Numbered from the stretch's first letter, positions 13,812 through 25,039 are shown. The stretch: 64,000 nucleotides of DNA from Candidatus Eiseniibacteriota bacterium (GCA_965224245.1 OZ245046.1:1888001-1952000), one strand, 5' to 3'. Notes: generated from the letters alone by a model not told the origin. Numbers and translations are program-made.

Positions 13812-14984
13812 TCACCCCAGCTTGCGCGGGTGCTTGCTCGCCTCGAGGCCCGACCGCGTGCGCACGAACGCGTAGCCGCCCCAGAGCACGGGGGCCGCCT
13901 CGATCGCGTCATGGAAGCCGTTACGGGACAGAACGTTGCCCCCATCGATGCGAACCGACGTGAGGGTGGTGGTCCCCTCCAGGCAGAACAGCACGGCGTC
14001 GCTGGCCCCGAGCAGACGGCCGGCGTCGGTTCGCAGTCGCCAGCGCCGCTGACCGGTGACGAGATCCAGGGCCTCGACGACACCGTCCCGTGTGGCCACG
14101 AACACACCGCCGGCATGAACGATCGGGCTACCGGCGGGGCTCGCCCCCAGATCGCGGGACCAGCGCCGGTTGCCCCGTGCGAGACGGTAGGCACCGACGT
14201 TGCCGGCGGAGTCGGCGACCACGACCATCGCCCCGGCGATCACCGGTCGCCGGCCGGGGGCGTCCAGCGCGACCGACCATCGCTCGCGGCCGCTGGTGGG
14301 GTTCCAGGCCACGATCCGCCGTCCCGCGACGGCCACGCCGACCCGGCTGGCGACGTCGAGACCGGTGATCGCGGTCGCCGCCACGGCTCGCCTCCAGGCG
14401 AGCGCGCCCGTGGACGCCACGAGGCACACGACCTCGCGGCCCGTGGCGAGCCACAGGCGATCCCGATCCGCCGCGACCGCCGCGGGGACGGCCCCCAGCT
14501 CGACGTGCCATCGCAGCTCGCCCGTCGTGGAATCCACCGCGAGGATGCGTCCACCGGCATCCGACCAGACGAGATTCGCCCCGACGACCCGGACCTCGCT
14601 CGCCGGCGGCGCGGGCACGGACATCCGGCGCACCAGGAAGCCCGTCTCGGGGTCGAGGAGCCGGAGCTCCGCCCCGACCACCACGGCGATCAGGTCTCCG
14701 ACCCCCACGGGCGAGGCCACGTCGTCCGACAGCGCCACGCGCCACACCGGGGAGGCTTCGCGGACCGGAGTGGACACCGAGTCGACCGGATCCTCGGCCG
14801 CGAGGGCACGATCGACGGCGGCGTCGGATCCGACCGAGCCGTCGTCTCGTGCGTCCCCGCCGGCGTCCTCCACCGAGCCGGGGGCGCGGGGAGCGCCACG
14901 CGAGCCGGTCATGACGATGCCGAGTGCCACGACGCCGAGGAGCGCCGCCAGAGCCAGGGGCACCGCGCGACCGCGCGGTGGCAT
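13812..14984 (-). CDS. PQQ-like beta-propeller (BamB-like) protein
   Basis: N-terminal TM/signal; repeated A(L/V)DxxTGxxxW blades. Confidence 0.75.
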   Translation of the reverse strand: MPPRGRAVPLALAALLGVVALGIVMTGSRGAPRAPGSVEDAGGDARDDGSVGSDAAVDRALAAEDPVDSVSTPVREASPVWRVALSDDVASPVGVGDLIAVVVGAELRLLDPETGFLVRRMSVPAPPASEVRVVGANLVWSDAGGRILAVDSTTGELRWHVELGAVPAAVAADRDRLWLATGREVVCLVASTGALAWRRAVAATAITGLDVASRVGVAVAGRRIVAWNPTSGRERWSVALDAPGRRPVIAGAMVVVADSAGNVGAYRLARGNRRWSRDLGASPAGSPIVHAGGVFVATRDGVVEALDLVTGQRRWRLRTDAGRLLGASDAVLFCLEGTTTLTSVRIDGGNVLSRNGFHDAIEAAPVLWGGYAFVRTRSGLEASKHPRKLG

Positions 14985-15007
14985 GCGTCGCCGGCGCGCC
15001 ACCGGGC

Positions 15008-17347
15008 TCACCACGCCATCGCGGGTGCGTCGATCGACCCGCGATAGAGGTCCAGGTACGCCAGGTAGTGACCGAGCACCGACCGTACGTAGCCTCGCGT
15101 CTCGATGTAGGGAATCGTCTCGATCCAGATCCAGGGCTCCGCGTGCGGACTTCCCCATCGGTCGACGGCGTCCTTCCCGGCGTTGTACGCGGCGATCGGT
15201 CGCAGCACGTCGTCGTACCGGGCCACGAGCCCCGACAGGTGGTGCGTCCCGATGGCGACATTCACGCGCGGATCCAGGAGCGATGCGGCACCGTCGTAGG
15301 ATCGGCCCATCACGCGGGCCTCGCGTCGCGCGGTGGCGGGCATCAGCTGCATCAGCCCGAGCGCGCCGGCGCGACTGCGACCCCGCTCGTCGAAACGGGA
15401 TTCCTGTCGGATCAGCGCGGCCACCAGAAGCGGATCCAGGCCGACCCCGCCCGACGCGGCCGCCACGTCGACGTCCGCGATGAAGCCGAGCGGGTAGCGA
15501 AGACGAAGCAGGCCCGGAGCGTCGGCGGCGTTGCGCGCGTAGCCGACGCGGAGCGCGGCGCGCGGATGACCGGCGGCGATGGTGGCGAACGCCAGCGCCA
15601 CCTGCCCGTCGGGATCGGACGCCGCTCGCGCCAGCTCGCGCGAGAGGAGACGGCGGGCCACGTCCGGATAGCCGAGCCGCTGGGCCAGCGCCGTGTCCTC
15701 GAACACCGTCCAGTCCACGGCCGCCACGTCCTCTCCGGCGGATCGATCGTCGCGGACGCGCTCGGGCCCGACCGGCCATCCCTCCGACCGGGGGCTCGAG
15801 AGCAGGCGCGAGGTGTCGACGACTCCGCTCCGGAGCGCGCGAGAGAGGTATCCGAACGGGCTCTCCTCACGCCGGACGCCCTCGAGGAGACTGTCGCGGT
15901 CGGCATCATCGGCCGTGATGGCGGCCCACACCCGCGCGCGGGCCCGGCGATCCGCGTCCGGTGCGGATGCCTCGGCGGCGCGAAACGCCACGTGCGCGCT
16001 GTCGCGCATGCCCAGCGCCAGCGTCGCCACCGCTCCCCGGAACGTCGGCTCGAACGGCGCGTGGCCGGCTCCGAGCGCGCGCGCGTACAGCTCGCGCGCC
16101 TCGAGCAGGTCTCCGGCGGTGTGATGCTCCCAGGCGCACTCGAAGTACGCGGTGGCCGCGTGTGCCGGGTCGGACTCCCAGACCGACCGGTACGCGTCGA
16201 CCATGTCCGTGAACTCGCCCGACGAACGCTCCATGCGCGCGAGCGCGAGCATGCCCGCTCCGGCCCGATCGGGCGACGTCGTGTCGGCGAGAAGGGGCGC
16301 CAGGTGCCGCCGTGCGGCCTCGAAGTCGCCGCGCCGCCGCGCCGCCGTGGCCAGGCGGAGACGAAACGCGTCGCCTTCGGCACCCGGGAGCTCGCCCGCG
16401 GCCAGCTGGGCTGCGATGCTGTCGGCCGACCAGAGCCCGCACCGCTCGCGGGCGCGCCAGTCGAGAACGGTGTCGGCGACCGTCGGCGTCGCGAGACGTC
16501 CGAGCGCGGCCCATGCCTCGTCGAGAAGATCCGCTCGCGCGACCCGCGACATCACGGCCCGCCAGTCGTCGGCGGTGGCGTGTCCGGCCTGCTCCCGGTG
16601 CTTCGCCCAGCGAACGTCGGCCAGGAATCCGCTCGGCACGAGGTGACGAACGTCGCGCCGGAACGCCCGGAACCGCGCCTCGCCGAAGTCCGCGACGCCC
16701 ACGCCGGCCCGCAGAGCACCGTCGAACGCGATCTCCCGGACGAAGATGGCGTCGCTGGCGGACGCCCGGGTGAACGACCCGGCCGCGCGCATCGTGTCAC
16801 GCGAGGCCAGCGCCAGGACACCGTCCACGAGACGGCTGCGCACCGACCGATCCCGAAGCGGCGGCCACGACCCACCGCCGTCCCCCGTGCGGTCGTCGCC
16901 CTCACCGGCCTCGAGCCGACAGAGCGCGAGCCAGCGCTCGAGCCGAGGGTCCCCGGCCGCGAACGCCTCCGGTCCGGGCCGCGGCAAGGGTCCGTCCGTG
17001 ACGCCGAGAAGCACCAGGGCCTCGACCTGGAGCGATTCGGGCCACGCCGCGGTCCCGGTCGCGGCCCAGTGCTCCTCGACCAACCCGACGAGCGTCCCCC
17101 GCCGGGACGTGGCCTCGCGCGCGGCCTCGGAGATGGCGTCGTACGATGCGTGCGCCAGCGCGTCCGTGAACCGGTCGAGCGCCGTGCGATAGCGCGAGGT
17201 GGCCTCGGTCAGGCGCGAAGCGTTGCCGGCGTCCGCGATGGACGGCCCGGCGCCGAGACCGGCGGAGAGTGCCGCCACGATCAGGCTGCGGGACACGAGC
17301 CCGGACCACCAGCGGTGCGATCGTGTCGAGAGTCGGCGATGCGGCAC
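15008..17347 (-). CDS. Soluble lytic transglycosylase with TPR-like region
   Basis: IRQESRF, GALGLMQLMP, AAYNAG, IPYIETRGYV; start approximate. Confidence 0.85.
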   Translation of the reverse strand: MPHRRLSTRSHRWWSGLVSRSLIVAALSAGLGAGPSIADAGNASRLTEATSRYRTALDRFTDALAHASYDAISEAAREATSRRGTLVGLVEEHWAATGTAAWPESLQVEALVLLGVTDGPLPRPGPEAFAAGDPRLERWLALCRLEAGEGDDRTGDGGGSWPPLRDRSVRSRLVDGVLALASRDTMRAAGSFTRASASDAIFVREIAFDGALRAGVGVADFGEARFRAFRRDVRHLVPSGFLADVRWAKHREQAGHATADDWRAVMSRVARADLLDEAWAALGRLATPTVADTVLDWRARERCGLWSADSIAAQLAAGELPGAEGDAFRLRLATAARRRGDFEAARRHLAPLLADTTSPDRAGAGMLALARMERSSGEFTDMVDAYRSVWESDPAHAATAYFECAWEHHTAGDLLEARELYARALGAGHAPFEPTFRGAVATLALGMRDSAHVAFRAAEASAPDADRRARARVWAAITADDADRDSLLEGVRREESPFGYLSRALRSGVVDTSRLLSSPRSEGWPVGPERVRDDRSAGEDVAAVDWTVFEDTALAQRLGYPDVARRLLSRELARAASDPDGQVALAFATIAAGHPRAALRVGYARNAADAPGLLRLRYPLGFIADVDVAAASGGVGLDPLLVAALIRQESRFDERGRSRAGALGLMQLMPATARREARVMGRSYDGAASLLDPRVNVAIGTHHLSGLVARYDDVLRPIAAYNAGKDAVDRWGSPHAEPWIWIETIPYIETRGYVRSVLGHYLAYLDLYRGSIDAPAMAW

Positions 17348-17396
17348 TCGGGAGCATCCTCCTCGGTCGGCGTCTCGTCGGCCTCGTCGCACCGCG

Positions 17397-20255
17397 TCAG
17401 CGCAGCACAACGATGCGCCCTCGCACATCGTTCATCGTGTAGAAGTACACACCGGCGCCCAGGAGGTGCCCGGCTCGCGATCGGCCGTCCCACCGGAACT
17501 CCCGGCCCCCGTCACCGCTCTCGCGGCTCGTCACGCGGGCGACGTCCCGTCCCGTCACGTCACGGATCACGAGCGGCGGTACGACCGCCGACGTCGGCGC
17601 CAGCCGGACGCGAAAGACGTCGGCGCCCGGACGAAACGGCAGCGGTCCCGCGCTCTCGACACGGATCGCCACCGGGAACGCCGGTATCGCCACCAGGACC
17701 TCGGCCCGTACGACGTCGCCCTGCCCCGGAACGTTGCGCTCGATCAGCCGGAACCGATGCCGCTCGCCGGGCGCGGGCCGGACGTCCTCGACCCACGCGA
17801 TGTGCCCTCCGTCCAGCGACTCGGAGACCAGCTCGACCGCGCCGTCGAGTGCCTCGCCGTCGGCGTCCACGCGCTCGCGGACGAGCGCGATCGTCCCGGC
17901 GAACCGGTCCACGTTCTCGATCACGGCCCACCGGAGCCGCACGCGATCCTCCAGGACGCACGGCGGGGTCAGGTGGAACGCCACCCTGGAATCGTCGGTC
18001 GCGACACGGACGTTGTCGAGCCTCCAGCCGTCCCACGGACCCCCGAGGGTGAGCCGGTCGCTCGCGAAGCGAAAGCGGATCCGGACGGTGCGCCCGTCGT
18101 ACGCCGACAGGTCGATCGACGCGTCGCGCCAGCCGCCGAACTCGCCTGCGTACACCCCATCATCGGCCAGGGCGAAGAACGCGTTCAACGACGGCGCGTT
18201 CGGGTAGCCTCCGTCGGGCGCCACCGGGGCCCACCGGTCGGTTCCGGCCGAGATCTCGACACGTCCCCCGTCGTACGCGTCGCCGTTCTCGGCGGTCTCC
18301 GCCGACATCCAGTGCCGGAAGGTCAGCCGGGACCCGGCCCCCAGGAGAAACGCCGGCGAGACCAGGACCGCGTCCACGCTGTCGGGGTAGCTGACCGAGG
18401 AGACGTCTCCGCAGCGCGCATGTCCACCGGCCGTCCGCCCGGTGGGGTCGGTCGCCCAGTGCCACGGATCGGCCGGCGAGAGCGCGTTGGGCGCGTGCGT
18501 GAACCCGTCGAGGTCGGCGTCGAACGGGGCGTCGAGCCCGAACGTGCGACCGGCGACCCAGAGCGCGGTGGTGATCTCGTCGCGGCCGTCTTCCTGGACG
18601 TCCAACGTGATCGGGACCACGAACGGATCGGCCAGAACGGGCGGCAGCGTCACCGTGACCGTGCCGATCCGCTCGCGCGCCTCACCCGACGCCAGCGCCG
18701 GCACGTCCAGCGTCGACGGCTCGAGCATGACGCCGGCGGCCTCGGTGGCGATCTCGACGAGCGTGGGGCCGATCGCCCGTCCCGTGTTCTCGACCGAGAC
18801 CGCGGCGCGCCACGTCTCGCCGGCGTCGGCCCGGAGGTCGCCGTTCCCGTCGAGCTCGGTCCAGCTGGAGATGCGCGCGGCGACACCGGGCGCATCGGCG
18901 ATCGAGACCCGACACGTCACGTCGTCGCCGGTCTCGGCGATGTCCCAGATCGCCACCTCCGAGCCCGAGCCGTCGTGCGCGTCGGAGGCGGGCACGGTGG
19001 TCGCGTCGAAACGCGTCGCTCCGGTCTCCCCCGGAAACGGATCCTTGGCATCGCCGGCGGGGAACGTGAACCGTTCCAGATCGAACTCTCCGTCGGCCTG
19101 CTCGAGCGCGACGCGGTAGCGATCGGGATCCAGCTGGCTCGGCGCCCGCTCGTCCACGTGGTAGACGAGGAGCCCCTCCCCGGGAAGCGCCGCGTCGTAC
19201 GCACCCACGTCCCGGCGCCGGTTCTCGAGCAGGAAGTACTCCGGCCCGGCCGCACCCCGGCTCCAGAGTCGATGGATCGGGCCGCCCGATGCGACCGGGG
19301 CCACCGAGAGCGTCCCCTCCGCTCCGCTGAACGGCAGCGGCGTGACCGTGTCGTAGCCGAGGAAGACGCGGGTCCACGCGTCCGGATACGCCGGGTTGGA
19401 GTACTTCGGATCCCCGAGCGCCGCGCCGGTGGCCATCAGCGACCAGTCCCCGAGCCCCACGCCGATCGTCGTGAGACCGTACAGATCGGGTACGCCGTAC
19501 AGGTGCAAGAGCTCGTGTGCGAAGCCGCCGATCCCGCTCCACTCGCTGAGGATGATGTACGCGTTCGCGCGCACGCCGTCGGGCTCGGGTACGTTCACCG
19601 GTCGCCACTGGTGCGATCGGATCTGACGAGCCTGCGAGGCCGGCGCGCCGTCCTCGCGCGCGATCCCGGCGTGCACGATGATCAGCGCATCGACCGCGCC
19701 GTCGCCGTCCGCGTCGTAGTCGCGAAAGTCGACACGCTCGTCCACCGCGTGCACGAGATCCTCGCAGAGCTTCTGGGAGTTGGTCGGGTAGGCTCCGATG
19801 CCGCCCTGGCGGTTCGCGTAGCGCTCGATGCTGGACGGAAGTCGCGTGACGGGCACGACGTCGCCGGTGACCGCCAGTCGGCCGCGAAAGACCTCGTCGA
19901 AGTAGCCGCGCATGCTCTGGGGCCGGTCTGCGAAGAGACGCGACGCGATCGCGTCCGGCGTGTTGACCGCTCGGCTCCAGGTGGTGTCGGCGAACTCGAC
20001 CATCAGCACCAGCGCGTGGACGTGGGCGGTGCCCCGGGCCAGCGTGAATGGACCGCCCGAGACCCCGCGGGCCAGCGCATCCCGCACGAGCGCCTCGTCG
20101 ATCCGCCGCCGGGCGGCGTCGTGCTCCTCGAGGATCGGCAGCAGCGCCGGCGCCGGCAGTGCCACGAGGAGCGAGATGGCCGCCCCCGCGAGGGCCGCGA
20201 TCGGACGCGCGCGACCCCACGCGATCGGAGCCGGAGACCGCCCCAGACCGATCAT
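17397..20255 (-). CDS. M6 (immune inhibitor A-like) metalloprotease with C-terminal FlgD-Ig-like domain
   Basis: DYDADGDGAVD, IIVHAG, HELLHLYGVPDLY, WSLMATG, EYFLLENR, C-terminal WDGR...GVYF. Confidence 0.88.
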   Translation of the reverse strand: MIGLGRSPAPIAWGRARPIAALAGAAISLLVALPAPALLPILEEHDAARRRIDEALVRDALARGVSGGPFTLARGTAHVHALVLMVEFADTTWSRAVNTPDAIASRLFADRPQSMRGYFDEVFRGRLAVTGDVVPVTRLPSSIERYANRQGGIGAYPTNSQKLCEDLVHAVDERVDFRDYDADGDGAVDALIIVHAGIAREDGAPASQARQIRSHQWRPVNVPEPDGVRANAYIILSEWSGIGGFAHELLHLYGVPDLYGLTTIGVGLGDWSLMATGAALGDPKYSNPAYPDAWTRVFLGYDTVTPLPFSGAEGTLSVAPVASGGPIHRLWSRGAAGPEYFLLENRRRDVGAYDAALPGEGLLVYHVDERAPSQLDPDRYRVALEQADGEFDLERFTFPAGDAKDPFPGETGATRFDATTVPASDAHDGSGSEVAIWDIAETGDDVTCRVSIADAPGVAARISSWTELDGNGDLRADAGETWRAAVSVENTGRAIGPTLVEIATEAAGVMLEPSTLDVPALASGEARERIGTVTVTLPPVLADPFVVPITLDVQEDGRDEITTALWVAGRTFGLDAPFDADLDGFTHAPNALSPADPWHWATDPTGRTAGGHARCGDVSSVSYPDSVDAVLVSPAFLLGAGSRLTFRHWMSAETAENGDAYDGGRVEISAGTDRWAPVAPDGGYPNAPSLNAFFALADDGVYAGEFGGWRDASIDLSAYDGRTVRIRFRFASDRLTLGGPWDGWRLDNVRVATDDSRVAFHLTPPCVLEDRVRLRWAVIENVDRFAGTIALVRERVDADGEALDGAVELVSESLDGGHIAWVEDVRPAPGERHRFRLIERNVPGQGDVVRAEVLVAIPAFPVAIRVESAGPLPFRPGADVFRVRLAPTSAVVPPLVIRDVTGRDVARVTSRESGDGGREFRWDGRSRAGHLLGAGVYFYTMNDVRGRIVVLR

Positions 20256-21796
20256 TCCCACTCGATCGTGCCGGGAGGCTTGGAGGTCACGTCGTAGACG
20301 ACGCGGTTCACGCCGTCGACCTCGTTCACGATGCGGTTCGCGATGCGGGATAGGGCCTCCCTCGGAATGTCGGCCCAGTCGGCCGTCATGCCGTCGGTGG
20401 ACGTCACGGCGCGAAGCGCGACCACGCCGTCGTACGTCCGCGCGTCGCCCATGACGCCGACACTCTTGATCGTGAGGAGCACCGCCAGGGCCTGCCAGAT
20501 GTCATCGTACAGCGCGCGCCGGTGAAGCTCCTCGATGAAGATCGCATCGGCCTCCTGGAGGGTCGCGATGCGCTCGGGCGTCACCTTGCCCAGGATCCGC
20601 ACCGCGAGACCCGGGCCCGGGAACGGATGTCGGCCGAGGATCCGCTCGTTCAGCCCGAGCACGCGTCCGACCTCGCGCACCTCGTCCTTGAACAGCTCCC
20701 GGAGCGGCTCGACCAGGCGCAGCGACATGTTCTCGGGCAGACCCCCCACGTTGTGGTGGGTCTTGATCGTGTGCGAGGGACCGCGCGTCGACACCGACTC
20801 GATCACGTCGGGGTACAGCGTGCCCTGAACGAGAAACTGCACGTCGCCGATCTCGCGCGCCGCCTCGTCGAACACCTCGATGAACTCGCGGCCGATGATC
20901 TTGCGCTTCTGCTCGGGATCGGCGACACCGGCCAGCGCCCCCAGGAACCGCTCGCCCGCGTTCACCCGTCGGATGGTCAGATGTTGCTCGCCGGCGAGAA
21001 GTTCCATGACCTGATCGCCTTCGTCCTTTCGGAGAAGGCCGTGATCGACGAACACGCAGGTGAGCTGGTCGCCGATCGCTCGATGGACGAGGGTCGCGGC
21101 CACCGACGAGTCGACGCCGCCGGAGAGGCCGCACACCGCGCGCCCCGACCCCACGTGCTCGCGGATGCTCTCGAGCGAGGCATCCACGAACGCCACCATC
21201 GACCAGTCGGCGGTGAGCCGGGCCACGCGGAACAGGAAGTTCTCGATGACCTTCGCCCCCTGTGGGGTATGCGCGACCTCGGGATGGAACTGCAGGAGGA
21301 ACGCCCGCCGATCCGGATGCATGGCCGCGGCCACCGGACAGTCGTCGGTGTGGGCCACCGCGTGGAAGCCCTCGGGCAGCGTCCCGACCGAGTCCCCGTG
21401 GCTCATCCAGGCCTGGAACGGCGCGTGCACGTGCTCGAAGAGCGGACAGGTCGCATCGAACTCGAGGACCGACTTGCCGTACTCGCTGGACCGCGACGCC
21501 TCGACGCGCCCGCCGAGGACGTGCGTCGTCACCTGCATCCCGTAGCAGATGCCGAGGATCGGGACCCCGAGCTCGTAGAGCTCGGGCGAGGGCAGCATGG
21601 GGTCGTTCTCGAGCACCGAACGCGGACCGCCGGAGAGGATGATGGCGCCGGGGTCGAACTCGCGAACGGCTTCGATCCCGACATCGAACGGATGGACCTC
21701 GCAGTACACGCCCAGCTCGCGCGTCCGCCGTGCGATGAGCTGGTTGTACTGCGATCCGAAGTCCAGGATCAGCACTCGCGACGTCGACTCGACCAC
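20252..21796 (-). CDS. guaA: GMP synthase (glutamine-hydrolysing)
   Basis: LDFGSQY, GICYGMQ, QFHPEV, SGGVDS, IKTHHNVGG, KPPGTIEWE. Confidence 0.98.
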   Translation of the reverse strand: MVESTSRVLILDFGSQYNQLIARRTRELGVYCEVHPFDVGIEAVREFDPGAIILSGGPRSVLENDPMLPSPELYELGVPILGICYGMQVTTHVLGGRVEASRSSEYGKSVLEFDATCPLFEHVHAPFQAWMSHGDSVGTLPEGFHAVAHTDDCPVAAAMHPDRRAFLLQFHPEVAHTPQGAKVIENFLFRVARLTADWSMVAFVDASLESIREHVGSGRAVCGLSGGVDSSVAATLVHRAIGDQLTCVFVDHGLLRKDEGDQVMELLAGEQHLTIRRVNAGERFLGALAGVADPEQKRKIIGREFIEVFDEAAREIGDVQFLVQGTLYPDVIESVSTRGPSHTIKTHHNVGGLPENMSLRLVEPLRELFKDEVREVGRVLGLNERILGRHPFPGPGLAVRILGKVTPERIATLQEADAIFIEELHRRALYDDIWQALAVLLTIKSVGVMGDARTYDGVVALRAVTSTDGMTADWADIPREALSRIANRIVNEVDGVNRVVYDVTSKPPGTIEWE

Positions 21797-21897
21797 GTTC
21801 CCCCCTGCCGCGCGAGTGCGCGCGTTCAGACCCCTTCGTCGCGCCGCCGATCCCGGTGGACCGACCGATCCCCGGACGCGGCGCCCACGGCGCGCCG

Positions 21898-23493
21898 CTA
21901 GTGACGGAACGAGCGGCGGCCGGTGAAGACCATCGCCATGCCCGCCGCATCGGCTGCGGCGATCGAGTCGCCATCGCGCTTCGATCCGCCGGGCTGGACG
22001 ACGGCCGTGCAGCCGACCTCGGCGGCCGCGCGAACCGAATCGTCGAACGGGAAGAAGGCATCGGACGCCATCACCGAGCCCGCGAGGTCGTGACCGGCCC
22101 TCCGCGCCTTGGCGATCGCCAGCGTCACCGCGTCGATGCGACTCGTCTGACCGCACCCGACGCCGACCGTGCGCGTCCCGTTCACGAAGACGATCGCATT
22201 GGACTGCACGTAGCGCGTGACCTGCCACGCGAACGCCAGCGCCCGCGCCTCGAGATCGGTGGGAGCGCGGTCGGTCGCGGTGTGCCAGGCGGTGGGCTCG
22301 TCGCGACCCGGTCGATCGGACGCCTGCGCGAGGAGTCCGCCGGCGACCGCCCGCACCTCGACGGCCCCCTCCGCGATGGGCTCTCCCCCGGGACCGAGCC
22401 CCGGGCTCGTGACCAGGACGAGGTTCTTCTTCTTCCGGAGGATCTCGAGCGCCGCGTCGTCGAACGCCTCGGCCGCGACCATCTCCACGAAGTTCGCCTT
22501 GATCGCCGTGGCGAGCGCCGCGTCGACGCGGCCCCGAAGCACGATCACGCCGCCGAACGCGGAGAGCGGGTCGCCCGCCCACGCGTGCGCGAACGCGGCT
22601 CCCAGGTCGGGAGCCTCGGCCGCACCGGCGGGGTTGCGATGCTTGACGACGACGGCCGCCGGCGGCGCCAGCGCCTGCGCCAGCCGCCAGCCGCCGTCGA
22701 GATCGAGAAGGTTGTTGTAGGAGATCGGCTTCCCGTGAAGCTGGGTCAGCGCGCCAAGCGCCCGGGGCGTCCGCGGAACGTAGAACGCGCCCGGCTGGTG
22801 CGGGTTCTCTCCGTAGCGAAGCGGTCGCTCCAGGCGCCACGGCTCGAGCAGGACCGTCGGCCACGGCGCAGCGTCCTGCGGCGCGTCGACCCGCGCGAGG
22901 TACGACGCGATCGCGCCGTCGTAGGCCGCACACCTGGCGAACGCGCGGCCGGCCAGCTCCCGGCGCCGGGCCGCAGTCACGCCGCCGGACTCGACGGCGT
23001 CGGCCACGTCGGCGTAGTCGTCTGGCGACGTGACCACCGTCACGTGCGCGTGGTTCTTCGCGGCGGCCCGGATCAGCGAGGGCCCGCCGATGTCGATCTG
23101 CTCGATGGCCTCGTCCCGCGTCGTGTCGGGTGCGGCGACCGTCTCCTCGAACGGATACAGGTTCACGACCACGAGATCGATCGGGCCGATGCCGTGCTCC
23201 GCCAGAATCTCGACGTCGGACGGCACGTCGCGCCGGAAGAGGATTCCGGCGTGCACGTGCGGATGGAGCGTCTTCACCCGGCCCGCGAGCATCTCGGGGA
23301 AGCCGGTGACCTCGGACACGTCGGTCACCGGAAGGCCGGCCTCGCGCATCACCCGCGCGCTGCCGCCGGTGGAGATGATCTCGACGTCCTTCCGCACCAG
23401 ACGCGTGGCCAGCTCCACGAGGCCCCGCTTGTCGCTGACCGAGATCAGAGCACGGCGAGGAGTGACGGCGCCGCGGTCGGCTTCATCGGTCAC
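21898..23493 (-). CDS. purH: Bifunctional AICAR transformylase/IMP cyclohydrolase
   Basis: RALISVSDK, GRVKTLHP, IDIGGP, LRYGENPHQ, SDAFFPF, QPGGS. Confidence 0.97.
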   Translation of the reverse strand: MTDEADRGAVTPRRALISVSDKRGLVELATRLVRKDVEIISTGGSARVMREAGLPVTDVSEVTGFPEMLAGRVKTLHPHVHAGILFRRDVPSDVEILAEHGIGPIDLVVVNLYPFEETVAAPDTTRDEAIEQIDIGGPSLIRAAAKNHAHVTVVTSPDDYADVADAVESGGVTAARRRELAGRAFARCAAYDGAIASYLARVDAPQDAAPWPTVLLEPWRLERPLRYGENPHQPGAFYVPRTPRALGALTQLHGKPISYNNLLDLDGGWRLAQALAPPAAVVVKHRNPAGAAEAPDLGAAFAHAWAGDPLSAFGGVIVLRGRVDAALATAIKANFVEMVAAEAFDDAALEILRKKKNLVLVTSPGLGPGGEPIAEGAVEVRAVAGGLLAQASDRPGRDEPTAWHTATDRAPTDLEARALAFAWQVTRYVQSNAIVFVNGTRTVGVGCGQTSRIDAVTLAIAKARRAGHDLAGSVMASDAFFPFDDSVRAAAEVGCTAVVQPGGSKRDGDSIAAADAAGMAMVFTGRRSFRH

Positions 23494-24404
23494 CTCGTGC
23501 CCCCTCCCCAGCTCGGGCGCGACGCGCCGCCCGTGATCCGCTCGACCGCCGTGCGGTAGCGGCGAAGGGTCTCGGCGATGACCTCGGGCGACAGATCGGG
23601 CGGCGGCGGCGAGTGATCCCAGCCGGTCGCGTCGACCGCGTTGCGGACGTACTGCTTGTCCATCGGCTCGGGCTCCCGACCCGGCGCATGGCCCTCCACG
23701 TCCCAGAAGCGTGAGGAGTCGGGCGTCAGTACCTCGTCGATCACGATGAGCTCGTCGCCGACCAGCCCGAACTCGAACTTGGTGTCGGCGATGATCACCC
23801 CGCGCTCGCGCGCGTGCGTCGCGCACTTCTCGTAGATGGCCAGGCTCGTCTCGCGAAGCCGCGCTCCGAGCGTGTCCCCCACGATCCCGCACATCCGCTC
23901 GTAGCTGATGTTCTCGTCGTGCCCCTCGTCGGCCTTCGTGGACGGCGTGAAGATCGGCGACGGCAACGGGCCGTAGGCCTCGAGCCCGGCCGGCAGCGCC
24001 TCGCCGCACACGGTTCCGCTCCGCCGGTACTCCTTGAGGCCCGATCCGGCCAGGTAGCCGCGCACGATGCACTCGACGTCCAGGCGCTCAGCCTTCTTCA
24101 CCCGCATCGTGCGGCCGTGGAGCTCCTCGGCCGACCGGAACGGCTCGGGCAGATCGGCCGGCTCGGACGAGATGAAGTGCGTGGGGACGATGCCCTCCAG
24201 GCCCCGGAACCAGAACGTGGAGAGCGCGGTCAGGATCTTGCCCTTGTCGGGGATGCGCTGGGGCAGGATCACATCGTAGGTCGACACGCGGTCGGTGGCC
24301 ACGATGACCAGCTCGTCGCCGATGTCGTAGATCTCGCGGACCTTTCCCAGATACGTCGGCTCGAGATTCGCGATCGGATACTCGACCGGCAACGTCGCGG
24401 TCAT
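23490..24404 (-). CDS. purC: SAICAR synthetase
   Basis: GKVREIY, TDRVSTYD, FTPSTKA, ADTKFEFG, DEVLTPDSSRFW. Confidence 0.97.
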   Translation of the reverse strand: MTATLPVEYPIANLEPTYLGKVREIYDIGDELVIVATDRVSTYDVILPQRIPDKGKILTALSTFWFRGLEGIVPTHFISSEPADLPEPFRSAEELHGRTMRVKKAERLDVECIVRGYLAGSGLKEYRRSGTVCGEALPAGLEAYGPLPSPIFTPSTKADEGHDENISYERMCGIVGDTLGARLRETSLAIYEKCATHARERGVIIADTKFEFGLVGDELIVIDEVLTPDSSRFWDVEGHAPGREPEPMDKQYVRNAVDATGWDHSPPPPDLSPEVIAETLRRYRTAVERITGGASRPSWGGGTR

Positions 24405-25039
24405 GGTACGGCTCCTTCGTCTCCCGCGCCGGTGGGCGCGGCGGGGCGGGTCAATGCGCTCAGGTCGAGGTCACCGGTCTCGATCGCGCGGATCGTCTCG
24501 ACGTAGATGCGATGCTCCTCGGCCAGGATGCGCTCGGAGAGCGTGCGCTCGGTGTCGTCCGGGCGCACCGCCACGCGCGCCTGCATCAGGATCGGACCGG
24601 CGTCGACGGCCTCGGACACGACGTGCGCGGTGCAACCGGCGACGTCCACGCCCGCCTCCAGGGCCTGACGCTGCGCGTGAAGACCCCGGAACGCCGGGAG
24701 CAGCGACGGGTGGATGTTCAGAATGCGACCACGGTAGCGCGCGAAGAACGTGCGTCCCACGACGCGCATGAACCCGGCCAGACACACGAGATCCACGTGA
24801 TGCTCGGCGAGCGCATCCACGTAGCGGCGCGCGTTCGTCGGAGACAGACGCGGCCGATCGGTGCCCGGCGGGATGAAGCGCGCCGGGATCCCGGCCTCGT
24901 GAGCACGCACGAGCGCGCGGGCATCCTCGACGTCCGAGATCACCAGGGCGATCCGGCTCTGGAGACGCCCGTCCCGGGTGGCGTCGATGAGAGCGCCGAG
25001 GTTGGATCCTCGACCCGAGGCCAGAACACCGAGCTTCAT
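24401..25039 (-). CDS. purN: Phosphoribosylglycinamide formyltransferase
   Basis: SGRGSNL, LAGFMR, NIHPSLLP, DAGPI. Confidence 0.97.
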   Translation of the reverse strand: MKLGVLASGRGSNLGALIDATRDGRLQSRIALVISDVEDARALVRAHEAGIPARFIPPGTDRPRLSPTNARRYVDALAEHHVDLVCLAGFMRVVGRTFFARYRGRILNIHPSLLPAFRGLHAQRQALEAGVDVAGCTAHVVSEAVDAGPILMQARVAVRPDDTERTLSERILAEEHRIYVETIRAIETGDLDLSALTRPAAPTGAGDEGAVP